From: Octopus vulgaris
Lineage: Eukaryota
DNA: 64,000 nt
Assembly: GCA_951406725.2 (NCBI GenBank)
Contig: OX597816.1
Location: forward strand, 165,912,001 to 165,976,000
Reading direction: 5' to 3'
A model generated the notes under the pieces. It saw nothing but the letters and a program-made list of their open reading frames with translations. It searched no databases and was not told where the DNA came from. Positions 11,985-25,039 of the stretch are shown piece by piece (position 1 is the stretch's first letter; every line of letters begins with the position of its first letter). A program made the position numbers and the translations under genes.

Positions 11985-14900
11985 TCTCTGTATCTGTACG
12001 TACATAAGGATGTGTGTGTGTGTACGTGAATGTAATTTATGCACGTTCATAAATTAGCACGCATGTCGCTCCAGTTTTAGGAGGACATTCGTCACGAACC
12101 TAGCTGTATTTTCGTCAAATTATTTTTCCCGAGGCACCCGTGGGTAGCCGTAAAAATCGATGTTCAGCCTTAACTTTTACGAATTTTGAAGTTTGCTAAC
12201 ATGAGTTAAGTCCCTTCTTGGCATAGCGAAGTGAAAATGTGTGGGTGTTTGTGTGTGTGTGTGATGGATAGAGAAGTTGTGTGTTGAAGTATGTGTGTGT
12301 GAGAGAGAGAGAGATAGAGTAAGTGACAGCGTTCACCAAAAATAAAAATGTATAATGTTCTTTTTTTTTCTTTAACACGAGATATAGTATTATATTTTAT
12401 AATCAGATTATATATACTTTCTCACACAACAGTTAAAATATATTTATTTTAAATCATTTATTTATTTTAAATCTTTGATCTTCTCCCCCCTCTCTCTCTC
12501 TCACACACACATTACTTTGGGTGCGAAAGAGTTTTACTTTTATTTTACGCCGAGGAAAATGTGTTATGTTGAGAATCCATTTATTTAACAACATAGAAAC
12601 AAATAGGTAGGTAACAATTCGTCAGTGAATTACACAATACAAATGGGTAAAATTTCCGAGGCTCTTCCATACCCCATTCCGTTTCTTAGACCACAAAAAG
12701 GGTTTTATAGTATATTTGGAGGCCAGGGTAGTTGATTCCACGCAAAAAAATCCAATTTTCTTTTCTTAGTGAAAATCGTGCGAGTGTTATCTAAAAATTT
12801 GCCTGGAGTTTTTCGTGGTAAATTTGAGATTAAAAACAAATGTTTTCCATATTCTTAATCTCCGCATTTTCCCATGTACATTGAAAAATAGATGGTGAAA
12901 AGATCAATGGGTGCGGGGGGTGAAATTTTCGAGGCTTCCACCACACTCCATCCTGTTTTTCGGACCGCAAAAATGGGTTTGTAGCATATTAGGAGGCCAG
13001 AGTAGTTGATTCCACGCAAAAAATCCGATTTTTTTTTCTTAGTAGATCTCGTGCAAGTGTTAATCTAAACATTTTATCTAAAACCTTTTTTCCATTCATT
13101 TCTCTATGAAATTCTCTGTACGTAATTTTGCTTTCTCGGTGGTCAAAGCAAATGATGACTGGCAAAATATCAGTGGCCTAATGCTGACATTGGATACAAT
13201 GACCTGATCTACAATAATGCGTTAATTGAAATCGAGGATGTCCTGCTCAAAATGGGTGGGGCAGCGTTGAACACATTCAGTTTGCCATCTCATTGCGACA
13301 GGACGTTAACACACTCCCACCAAAGTTACTTCTGGAGTTGTCGTATGACGCTGATGGCCTTACGGAGTACCTGAGAGTAAATGAACCGAAATTACTCCCT
13401 GATCAGAGGCTGGTGTGCGAAACTGTCGTCAGTGCCGTTGAAAAACAGGCGGGCGGTATTTTTTTCCTCGATGCTGCTAGAAGTACCGTCAAGTCCTTTG
13501 TAACACAATTAATACTTGATTAGAATCGTCGCGAGAAACAAATTGCACTAGCCGTTGCTTGCTCGGGAATCGCTGCTACGTTATTGCCGGGAGGTAGGAC
13601 GGCGCACTCGGCATTCAAGCTGCCTTTACATTTGGTGAGGGCCGAGGTTCCTACTTGCAACATTGGCAAAATTTGAGAGGAAGCTGAAGATCTTAGACAG
13701 TGCCGTTTTATTGTATGGGACGAATGCATAATGACCAATAAGGGTGCCCTTGAGGCACAGGACCGGTCACTGGAAGGTATCAGGGATTCTTCTATGAGTG
13801 GTGTAACTCCATTGCTTTCAGGAGATTTCAGGCAAACCCTTCCTGTTATCCCTAAAGGGAGCCGGGCTGCTGAAGTGCGCGCATGCCTTAAGTCATCCAC
13901 GTTGTGGCTCCAGGTTAAGACCTTGAGCCTAAGCACAAACATGCATGCACATTTGCTTGGTGATATCACGTCTGCAGCATTTTCTGAAGAGATTTTAGCC
14001 CTTGGAGAAGGCAAGGTCCCTAGGAATGATAGGGGCGACATAACCATCTCTGAACTGTGCAAAACCGTGAACAACCCTTCCGATCTTTTGGAAACAGTGT
14101 TCCCCAATCTGGAAAGTAATTATGCAGACATCTATTGGCTCATTGAAAGAACCACCCTGGCCCCTAAAAACGTAGCTGTCAGTGCTATCAGCGACCATCC
14201 CATAAGCCGAATTCCGGGTGAAGAGCGCATCTACAAATCGATTGACCGGATCTCTGACCCCCAAGACATTGTCAATTACTCTATCGAGTTTCTCAACTCA
14301 TTGGAGCCAGCAGGGCTTCCACCTCACATTCTTAGGCTAAGGGTTGGATGCCCAATTATGCTAATCAGAAACTTTCCTTCCGCCTAAACAGTGCAACGGG
14401 ACCCGCTTTGTAATCAAGTACCGGACGTCCCACATGATTGAGGGAGGCCACCATTGTTACAGGGTGCGGGAGGGGTGAAAATGTTTTCATTTCAAGGATG
14501 CACCTTTATCCCTCGGGGTTAGACATGCCGTTTAACTTCCGCAGATCGCAGTTCCCGGTGAGACCATGCTTCGCCATGTCCATCAACAAATCCCAAGGCC
14601 AAAAACTATCGGTAGCAGGCATCCATTTGGGGTTTTCCATTAAATCAAGATAAAAAAAATTGATAAACCGATTCCTTATAGGATTTCCCACTAAAATTGG
14701 CTACACCCATTTTCAACCATAACTTTTACCAATTTTGACATATTTTGCTCAAACTTGATGCCAGCATTACTTAGGACTCATGGGATCTTTGAATCCTTTA
14801 AGTTCTCAAAAAAAAAAGAAACAATCGATGAGTGGAAATAATCGATAAACCGATTCCTTATAGGATTTCTCAATCAAATTGCCTGCAACCCATTTTCAGC

Positions 14901-15029
14901 CAAATGTTTACCAATTTCAACGGATTTCATCAAATTTGATGTCGGTGTCATTTATTTTGGTTTGAAATAAAGCGCTTGGTCACTTAATAATACTAACTTA
15001 ATCCCGGACAATGCCGAGTTATACTGCTA

Positions 15030-15030
<1 letters not shown>
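11985..15030 (+). mobile_element. Degenerate, internally deleted Helitron with helicase remnants
   Basis: 13150-14640 encodes broken PIF1 helicase segments (GIFFLDAA, GDFRQTLPV, CFAMSINKSQGQ) with stops and frameshifts. The 3' end CCCGGACAATGCCGAG-ttatactg-CTAG|T is at 15030. The 5' TC at 11985 is tentative. Internal direct repeats lie at ~12640/12920 and ~14640/14840. Confidence 0.88.
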
Positions 15031-15066
<36 letters not shown>

Positions 15067-15334
15067 GTGTGCTTGTATGTGTGTGAGTTTGTGCTTTCAT
15101 ATATACATGCACTATCATGCATGCATATATATAACAGTTCTTAAATGAATATTTGTAAAGCTTATGTAAGACTATCTTTTTCTCTCTATTCCTTTTTTCT
15201 CTATTTTTGTTTCAGTCTTTTTGTTTTATAATTATTTTGGTTTGGCTCATTCGGTCTTATTCCTGGTAGGATTTATGTGGCTATCTGGTTACTTACTACC
15301 TGTAAGCATAGGTATCCATAAGTTTTCAGTAGTC

Positions 15335-15490
15335 TTTCAAGTGCATAAAACCCTCCTGATAATCCTTGCTGTTCCTAAGAGACAAACCTTCTGCAAGAGC
15401 TCTACCAGGCATTCTGTTTCAATCTCCTTCAGTCATTTGTCTATATCTTTGCTTACTGTTCCCAACGCACCAATTATTATAGAGACTACC
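15335..15490 (-). pseudogene. R4/Dong-like (RLE) non-LTR C-terminus
   Basis: IIIGALGTVSKD...VELLQKVCLLGTARIIRRVL. A similar end lies at 4010-4165 (-): LQKADLLVTAHILGKVLSV. Confidence 0.75.
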
Positions 15491-16705
15491 TTTATTGTTC
15501 GCATCGTATCTGATATCTTCCGATGTTATTACTACAATGATGAACTTAAACCTCCAATACATGCTTTCAAAACCTATGAGCGAATTCTATATGTACATTA
15601 CGATTGTTCCACGAATCGTTATTAACAAAGACTGTTGGTAATCAGTGATCATATTAACACCCCCGCTCTGATGAAGCAACATTTCGAAGTGATAAGGGCA
15701 AATACAACTAAAACTGAAAGTAAATGACATTGTAAATGACATACGGTTAACAGAAAGCTCATTTAAGAACCGATTACACCAACTTACGTAGCTTCATATA
15801 CGGTTACTACATAGTTCTCGAAGCACATCTAAGAAAAGATAAGACTGAATTTTCTCACCCCGTCTAGTATATTTTCATCTTGTCTTTTACAGCAACAACT
15901 ATGACAAATGTCTGGATGTTAAAGGCTATTATAAAATACAAGTACTAGCTATACACGAAGTTGCACTACACGCGCGATCAGCGCAGGTGTGGCTGAGTGG
16001 TAAGAAGTTTGCTTCTCAAACAGAAGGTACTATGTTCAATCCCACTGCGTTGCACCTTCACCAAATGTTTTCTACTATAGCTTCGGGGCAAGATAGACTT
16101 ATATATGTGTCATATGTGTGTGTGCGCGCGCGTCTGTGTGTGTGTGTCCGTCAGTGTATGTGTGTGTGTATGTGTGTCTGTGAATGCGTGTGTATATTTG
16201 TCTGTGAGTGTGTGTGTGTGTGTCCGTGGGTGTGTGCGTGTGTGCGTGCGTGTATGTGTGTGTGCGTGTGTGCATGTATGTACGAATTATCTCCACACCC
16301 ACTACTCGACAGGTTACGTCCGTAACTTAACAGTCCAGCAAAAGAGACCAATAAGATATGTACCACGCTCAAAATAAGCCTGGTACTAAATACCGTGATC
16401 AATTCGTTCGACTAAGAATTCTTCAAAGCGATCCCCCAGTATGGCCGCAGTCAAATGAGTGACACAATTACTCTTTTACTTGCTTCAGTCATTTGACTGT
16501 GGCCATGCTGGAGCACCGCGTTTAGGCGAGCAAATCGACCCCAGGATTTATTCTTTGTAAGCCTAGTACTTATTCTATCACTCTCTTTTGCCGAACTGCT
16601 AAGTTACGGGGACATAAACACCCCAGCATCGGTTGTCAAGCGAGGCTATGTTGGGGGACAAACACAGACATACAAACGTATACACACACACATACATATA
16701 TATAC

Positions 16706-16740
<35 letters not shown>

Positions 16741-16742
<2 letters not shown>

Positions 16743-16903
16743 CATTGTGTACAGTGCTCAGGTGCACTACAACTCATCTAAAGTGTATGTATAATCAGGT
16801 GTAGTTTCGGCGGATTTCGGAAAGCATGAGGGCCTTAAAGGATGCAGTGTCATGGCAGTCAACAACTGACGCAGGCAGTTTATTCCATGCTTCAGCAACT
16901 CGT
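16741..16903 (-). pseudogene. CR1-like LINE 3' end inserted in a SINE-A microsatellite
   Basis: RVAEAWNKLPASVV...SFKALM, followed by a (TTA)n tail. Confidence 0.7.
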
Positions 16904-17433
16904 ATATATGTATATATATATATACATATATACGATGGGCTTCTTTCAGTTTCCGTCTACCAAATCTACTCACAGAGCTTTGGTCGGCCCAAGGCTATAG
17001 TAGAAGACATTTGCCCATTTGCCCAAGGTGACACGCAGTGGGACTGGGGACTGAACTCGGAACCAGCTTGTTGGTAAGCAAGCTTCTTACCACACAGCCA
17101 CTCCTGCGCCTATGTATGTGGTACTGAACCCGGAACCATGTGGTTCGTAAGCAAGCTATATACCACACAGCCACTCCAACACCTATAGATAAAACGATAA
17201 ATAGTTAGATTATAAGATAAAAAGGTAAAAATATTTTTAAAAGTCTGTTAAAAATGAAAATGGACGCTGAAAATAATGCTTTTTTATTCATTAGACAGTC
17301 AGTCATCCATTGTTTATCATTCTCGTTCCAACAATGAACGTTTCTGTCTTTCATAGAAGCCAGCCCCTTGGATGAAGGTTTTAGATAATTTAAATTAGAA
17401 GAGAACACACGTTTTTGTGTGTGTGTGTGTGTA

Positions 17434-17483
<50 letters not shown>

Positions 17484-17620
17484 CACGTCAGTTAGATGTC
17501 ACATATCTATTTGTATAAAGTAATGTTGACCTACTTAGCAAGTTTGATGGTTAAAATTAAATCTATTATCTATAACTGTTGCATGTCAGAAATTAAGCTT
17601 ATACAAATACACACACACAC

Positions 17621-17651
<31 letters not shown>

Positions 17652-17652
17652 A

Positions 17653-17705
<53 letters not shown>

Positions 17706-17928
17706 CTCTTTCTCTCATACACATACTCTCTCTGTCTCTCTCACACACACACACTCTCCATTTCACACACACACAGATACATACACACACATAGCCTCTC
17801 TCTTTCTCTCTCTCTCACGCACACACTCACACACACACACACACAAACACACACTCTCTCTCTCACACACACATGCAAAGACATACTCTCTTTCATACTC
17901 ACACACATACTCTCTCACGCGCACACAC

Positions 17929-17983
<55 letters not shown>

Positions 17984-18557
17984 AAAACAGAAATACTTTG
18001 CACTGCGCGTTTGATTAGTTTTTGCAGGTGCATTTTTCCTTAGAATTAAATTCATTTTTAACAAGATTTTTATGTAATTTATTTTATTCATAATAGTATT
18101 TGGATCTTTTCAGTTTGAAGGCCAGATTTTCCTAGTTAACTAAACAATTTCGTATACTGGTAGAATGTGTCAAAAGAAAACATAATTGTAAACCAAAATG
18201 AAAACGGAATTGTAATTTCTAAGTTTAACGTTGTTTAATAATTCGAATTTTAACCAATGGTATTCTTTCTTTCGACCTCATATTATTTACTGCCTCTCAA
18301 AATATTGTTACTGTGACGTAAACAGCTATTTTGTGACGTAGTTAACGTAAACATGTAAACAGACCTACAGATTCGTTTGTAACGTAAACATCCGCTCATC
18401 GTAAATAGCTAAATTCGCTTGGCATCGTACACAGCTTTTTCAGTTCCCTAGAATTATATTTGAAAGAAAATAAAAAGAAAAAGATTCATACGCATAAATA
18501 TCCATCCTTAGACATCAGAAAATGAGTGTTTAAATTATTTTCCATTGTTTGCATTGC

Positions 18558-18600
<43 letters not shown>

Positions 18601-18844
18601 TACATACACACATATTAAAATGACATCGTTGGAGCAGTAATTTATTTATGTATTTTTTGTTATACAATTTATTTTAAAGCTGAATCCCTATCCTGCCATT
18701 AACCCCTTTCTTATAAAATAGTTGAAGAATCTGGGGTATAGGTATTGGGCCAGTATTGGAACTTTTAACTTCTTGCTCCCTATCTTATGATCTCCGAAAT
18801 TTAAGAATCTTGTGTTAACTGGGCTCTTATTATTTACTCTGACT

Positions 18845-19250
18845 CTGCCACCACCTCAATGCAAAGACTATCAATATCAGAATCATCTTCACAACCACCA
18901 CTACAACCATTACTACAACCTCCAATGCCACTACCACAACCATCTTCTGCAACCACAACCCCAAGATCAATACCAGCATCATATTCAAAATTACCAATTT
19001 CACCACCACTACACTCTGCAATGTCTTCAACACTACCATCCATGAGACATCCTAACATAATCAATGCTACTACTACTATCATCATCATTATCATTATCAT
19101 CCACTGCCGCCGCCACCACCACCACCTCTACAAAAACACCAACACTATAATTGCTGCCATCATACACATCCACTGTCACCACTACACCACCACCACCACT
19201 GCCATGATAACCACATCTACCACCTCCAACACCATTGCCACCACTATCTA
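18845..19250. repeat. Degenerate CAC/CAT/TAC triplet low-complexity tract
   Basis: Direct reading. Confidence 0.8.
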
Positions 19251-19304
19251 TGAGACATCCTAAGTTAGATACTACTTTCACTTTCTAGTTGCTCTTTGAG
19301 TTTA

Positions 19305-19702
19305 TCTTTATATATAAAAGAGAGGTTGTGTGTCTGTCTCCTACGATTTAGATTCCTAACTACTCCCACATTTTGCGGTGCAGTTTAACCAAAACCGGGT
19401 ATCTTATAGTCGTGATTCATATCGAGCCCTTCTGTGTATTAGCGCGTGTCTACGATGAGTCTACGATTTTAAAAAAAATTTACCATCATTTTTTTCCATT
19501 TTAATGCATTTTTTTGCTATTATATAAGGGAAGTAACTCTCTAAAAATGTCTACGATGAGTCAACGATTAAAAAAAAATTTACCATCATTTTTTTTCCAT
19601 TTTTAATGCATTTTTTTTGCTATTTTTTGGCTATAACTCTCTAAAAATGCTTATATAGTTATTTCCCTTACAAACCCGAGCAACGCTGGGCGATACTGCT
19701 AG
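19305..19702 (+). mobile_element. Non-autonomous Helitron (~400 bp)
   Basis: A|TCTTTATATATAAAAG start and CCCGAGCAACGCTGGG-cgatactg-CTAG|T end. Contains an internal tandem duplication. Confidence 0.9.
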
Positions 19703-20715
19703 TTATATCTAATCTATCTCTCTAAAAGATGCAAACCAAGCAGCATTAAATGGAGAATGGATGTGAGCAGAAAGAGAGTAAGTTCCATTCCAGTTTACAA
19801 CAATTATAGAATTATTCTCAAACCATAAATGAAGGGTGGAGAGGTTACATAAGTATTGTTACACTGTTGTTAGAATAGCTGTGGAAAATGTAAGTTGAAA
19901 TCAAATTTGATGCTAAATTCTTTTATAGTCATGTTCCCAATGAAATACACATAATCAATTTGAACAGTCTTAGTAAAATAGCTACTTTCTTTAATTATTA
20001 ATCAGGTGTTTGGATCAACAAAATTATGAGATAAAGGTGAGAAGGTCAGTAGAGTGTCTATCTGCTTGTAACTATGTAGACTATGCCTTGTTATGGTTTA
20101 TGTTAGGGTTAGAGCTATGGTCTAGAATTGGCAACAGATAGCATACTAAATTTTAAATGGCCACGTTTACTGTATGCTAAACTGGCACTAGAGATGTAAT
20201 GAAACAGTTTACCTATCAGATTTTAAGTCATGAAAGGGTTAGTTAGCATTGTCAACACACTTCACATTTCTCTTTTTTTGTGGGCAATGAAATAAAACAC
20301 TAGATAAGGAGTGGGTCAATATAGTTGACATTATTTCCTCCTATAAAATTTTTGGTTATGTACCTTTGTTAGAAATTCTTATTTGTATTAATATAAAGTG
20401 CGGGAAAGAGAACATCTGTAGGCTTTCCTAAGCTGTTAATGTGAATATAGATGATGTCTTTTTTCAACTTGTGTAAATTAATGTCTGATGAGAATGTGAT
20501 TCCATGTAGAAGCTGCCCTTCTGGAGATAAATGATTGGATAAAATATTTAGTAAAAGGTTCATGTTAAAGATGATGATGTGGGCTCAGTTTACTACCACA
20601 CCCTCAGCAATATCGCCATTGATGCTGTTGGCAGAGACGATGTTCCTATCAGATTTCTTGTTCCTAGGATACATCCGGTTTAAACGCCTTCTTTTCAGAC
20701 CAGACATTTTTCGAT

Positions 20716-20757
<42 letters not shown>

Positions 20758-20904
20758 CTAGCATTCCATCGGTTATGACGAAGAGGGTGCCAGTTGATCC
20801 GATCAACGGAACAGCCTGCTCGTGAAATTAACATGCAAGTGGCTGAGTACTCCACAGACCCGTGTACTCTTAACATAGTTCTTAGCGAAATTCAGTACGA
20901 CATA

Positions 20905-21700
20905 GAATATTTTCTACTCGAGGTACAAAGCCCGAAATTTTGTGGGAGGGGGCCAGTCGATTAGATCGACCCCAGTACACAACTGGTACTTAAGTTATCG
21001 ACCCCGAAAGGATGAAAGGCAAAATAGACCTTGGCGGAATTTGAACTGAGAACCCATAGACAGACAAAATACCGCTAAGCATTTCGCTCAGCGTGCTAAC
21101 GTTTCTGATTTCTTTATTGCCCACATGGGACTAAATATAGAGGGGGACAAACAGGGACAGACAAAGGGATTAGGTCGATTACATCGACCCCAGTGCGTAA
21201 CTGGTACTTATTTAATCGACCCCGAAAGGATGAAAGGCAAAGTCGACCTCGGCGGAAGATGAACTCAGAACGTAGCTGCAGACGAAATACCTATTTCTTT
21301 ACTACCCACAAGGGGCTAAACACAGAGAGGACAAATAAGGATAAACAAACGGGTTAAGTCGATTATATCGACCTCAGTGCGTAACTGGTACTTATTTAAT
21401 CGACCCCCAAAAGGATGAAAGGCAAAGTCGACCTTGGCGGAATTTGAACTCAGAACATAACGGCAGACGAAATACCTATTTCTTTACTACCTACAAGGAA
21501 CTAAACACAGAGAGGACAGACAAGGAGATTAAGTCGATTACATCGACCCCAGTGCGTAACTGGTACTTAATTTATCGACCCCGAAATGATGAAAGGCAAA
21601 GTCGACCTCGGCGGAACTTGAACTCAGAACATAACGGCAAACGAAATACCGCCAAGCATTTCGCCTGGCATGCTAATGTTTCTGCCAGCTCGCTGCCTTC
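20905..21700 (-). mobile_element. SINE-B head-to-tail multimer (~4 units)
   Basis: Repeated ~180-bp units, with a complete head at ~21700. Confidence 0.85.
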
Positions 21701-21867
21701 ATCATCAACTTCTATTTCTGCTTAGCGTTTTGTTTAAATTTTTTGTTGACTAAAATTTATTGAAAAAAAAAAAAGCCGCAATAATTATGCACCAACCTAA
21801 TACGAATAGCATTGGATATTTTGATTTTTTGTCAATCATCTGCCATCCATCAGTATGTAGTGAACGA

Positions 21868-22251
21868 GGAGGCGCAATGACCCAGTGGTTAGGGCAGCGG
21901 ACTCGCGGTCGTAGGGTCGCGGTTTCGATTCCCAGACCGGGCGTTGTGAGTGTTTATTGAGCGAAAACATCTAAAAGCTCCACGAGGCTCCGGCAGGGGA
22001 TGGTGGTGATCCCTGCTGTACTCTTTCACCACAACTTTCTCTCACTCTTACTTCCTGTTTCTGTTGTACCTGTATTTCAAGGGGCCGGCCTTGTCACTCT
22101 CTGTGTCACGCTGAATATCCCCGAGAACTGCGTTAAGGGTACGCGTGTCTGTGGAGTGCTCAGCCACTTACACGTTAATTTCACGAGCAGGCTGTTCCAT
22201 TGATTCGGATCAACCGGAACCCACGTCGTCGTAACCGACGGAGTGCTTCCA
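21868..22251 (+). mobile_element. SINE-C, full length (tRNA-like head)
   Basis: GGCGCAATGACCCAGTGGTTAGGG...GGTTTCGATTCCC head. Related bodies lie at 6973-7280, 20765-20905 (-), 57940-58125 and 63545-63870. Confidence 0.85.
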
Positions 22252-22460
22252 TGTCCTCAGTGGAGGCAGTTTCAGGACGTCCAGAAGCTGGATCATCTCC
22301 AAGACTCTCCCTTTTCCTCCTAAATTTAGCTGCCCATTTTTACACTGTTGATAAAACTAGAGCATCATCCCCTAATGTAGCAACCATGACAGCATGAGTG
22401 TTGTTTGAGGCTAAACTCTTTTTCTGCCGGTAATTGTCAACAGCACGACACCAAATTAGA
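22252..22460 (-). pseudogene. Mariner transposase N-terminal (HTH) fragment
   Basis: MVATLGDDALVLSTV*KWAAKFRRKRESLGDDPASGRP. Confidence 0.8.
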
Positions 22461-22525
22461 AAATTACTATTTGTAAATCTCACAACGAGAGATATTCAGC
22501 AACAGTACTTAGGAATAAAAATCAT

Positions 22526-22905
22526 TTGCCAACATAACATGGCAGTCCTAGTTTAGGACGAATGTTGCTGTAATTTAGCCCCAGGAGACATCGTCTCCAG
22601 CTGGCTATACGACACGATCTGTGTCCTTATATTTTCGAACAAGGGAATCTAGCACCACACCCGCCACTCAGCTCAAAACAATATCTGTGTATTGCGATTT
22701 CCGGGTTATTTCCCTTCATTAGCACAGAATAATTGCTCGGCTAGATGTGGCGCTGCCAAATTCGCGATACACAGATATTGTTTTGAGCTGAGTGGGGGGT
22801 GCTAGATTCCCTTGTTCGAAAATATAAGAACACAGACGATGTCTCCTGGGGCTAAATTACAGCAACATTCATCCTAAACCAGGACTGCCATGTTATGTTG
22901 GCAAA
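22526..22905. mobile_element. Foldback MITE
   Basis: Long inverted arms starting TTTGCCAACATAACATGGCAGTCC. Confidence 0.85.
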
Positions 22906-23199
22906 GAATCTTTACTCCACGACATCAAATTTTGTCTATTTTCAAGAGACACCGCTACTAATAACTTTTGAAGTGTTCTTTGAACAGTCAGATGTCAGTT
23001 TACTCTTTAATTTGTTTCAGTCATTTGACTGTGGCCATGCTGGAGCACCGCATTTAGTCGAGCAAATCGACCCCAGGACTTATTCTTTGTCAGCCTAGTA
23101 CTTATTCTATCGGTCTCTTTTGCCGAATCGCTAAGTTACGGGGGCGTAAACACACCAGCATGTGAAATGATGTTGGGAGGATAAACATATACTCACACA

Positions 23200-24917
23200 T
23201 ACATATATATACATATATACGACGGGCTTCTTTCAGTTTCCGTCTACTAAATCCACTCACAAGGCTTTGATCGGCCCGAGGCTATAGTAAAAGACACTTG
23301 CCCAAGGTGCCACGCAGTAGGAATGAACCTGGAACCATGTGGTTGGTAAGCAAGCTACTTACCACACAGCCACTCCTATGCCTATTTATATATACATATA
23401 TATGACGGGTATCTTTCAGTTTCCATCTACTAAATCCACTCACAAGGCTTTGATCGGCCCGAGGCTATAGTAAAAGACACTTGCCAAAGGTGCCACGCAG
23501 TAGGAATGAACCTGGAACCATGTGGTTGGTAAGCAAGCTACTTACCACACAGCCACTCCTATGCCTATTTATATATACATATATACGACGGGCTTCTTTC
23601 AGTTTCCTTCTACTAAATCCACTCACAAGGCTTTGATCGGCCCGAGGCTATAGTAAAAGACACTTGCCCAAGGTGCCACGCAGTAGGAATGAACCTGGAA
23701 CCATGTGGTTGGTAAGCAAGCTACTTACCACACAGCCACTCCTATGCCTATTTATATATACATATATACGACGGGCTTCTTTCAGTTTCCGTCTACTAAA
23801 TCCACTCACAAGGCTTTGATCGGCCCGAGGCTATAGTAAAAGACACTTGCCCAAGGTGCCACGCAGTAGGAATGAACCTGGAACCATGTGGTTGGTAAGC
23901 AAGCTACTTACCACACAGCCACTCCTATGCCTATTTATATATACATATATACGACGGGCTTCTTTCAGTTTCCATCTACTAAATCCACTCACAAGGCTTT
24001 GATCGGCCCGAGGCTATAGTAAAAGACACTTGCCCAAGGTGCCACGCAGTAGGAATGAACCTGGAACCATGTGGTTGGTAAGCAAGCTACTTACCACACA
24101 GCCACTCCTATGCCTATTTATATATACATATATACGACGGGCTTCTTTCAGTTTCCATCTACTAAATCCACTCACAAGGCTTTGATCTGCCCGAGGCTAT
24201 AGTAAAAGACACTTGCCCAAGGTGCCACGCAGTAGGAATGAACCTGGAACCATGTGGTTGGTAAGCAAGCTACTTACCACACAGCCACTCCTATGCCTAT
24301 TTATATATACATATATACGACGGGCTTCTTTCAGTTTCCATCTACTAAATCCACTCACAAGGCTTTGATCTGCCCGAAGCTATAGTAAAAGACACTTGCC
24401 CAAGGTGCCACGCAGTAGGAATGAACCTGGAACCATGTGGTTGGTAAGCAAGCTACTTAGCACACAGCCACTCCTATGCCTATTTATATATACATATATA
24501 CGACGGGCTTCTTTCAGTTTCCATCTACTAAATCCACTCACAAGGCTTTGATCTGAACCTGGAACCGAGGCTATAGTAAAAGACACTTCTTTGCTCACAA
24601 GGCTTTGATCTGCCCGAAGCTATAGTAAAAGACACAGGTGCCACGCAGTAGGAATGAACCTGGAACCATGTGGTTGGTAAGCAAGCTACTTACCACACAC
24701 CACACAGCCACTCCTATGCCTATTTATATATACATATATACGACGGGCTTCTTTCAGTTTCCATCTACTAAATCCACTCACAAGGCTTTGATCTGCCCGA
24801 AGCTATAGTAAAAGACACTTGCCCAAGGTGCCACGCAGTAGGAATGAACCTGGAACCATGTGGTTGGTAAGCAAGCTACTTACCACACAGCCACTCCTAT
24901 GCCTATTTATATATACA
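23200..24917 (-). repeat. 183-bp tandem array of SINE-A 5' halves (~9 units; continues at 31061-31216)
   Basis: GACGGG recurs at 23221, 23404, 23587, 23770, 23953, 24136, 24319 and 24502, then at 24742 after a scrambled unit. Confidence 0.95.
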
Positions 24918-25039
24918 CTAGCAGCATAGCCCGGCGTTGCCCGGGTCTGTAAGAGCCCCTAGTAGGCAACGACTAATCCCAATGTAGTCCTTTCCCTCCA
25001 GGGAACGAAGGTGCATGTGGACGTTGCAATGTCTTGTCT

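Noticed and set aside
18812-19281. Pro/Thr/His-rich ORFs (mucin-like)
   Set aside because: A degenerate triplet repeat that is open in several frames on both strands.
21868-21945. tRNA gene
   Set aside because: The tRNA-like head continues into a dispersed SINE body, and there is no convincing cloverleaf.
23200-24917. CRISPR-like regular array
   Set aside because: The units are whole 183-bp repeats with no unique spacers, there are no cas genes, and the origin is a eukaryotic SINE.
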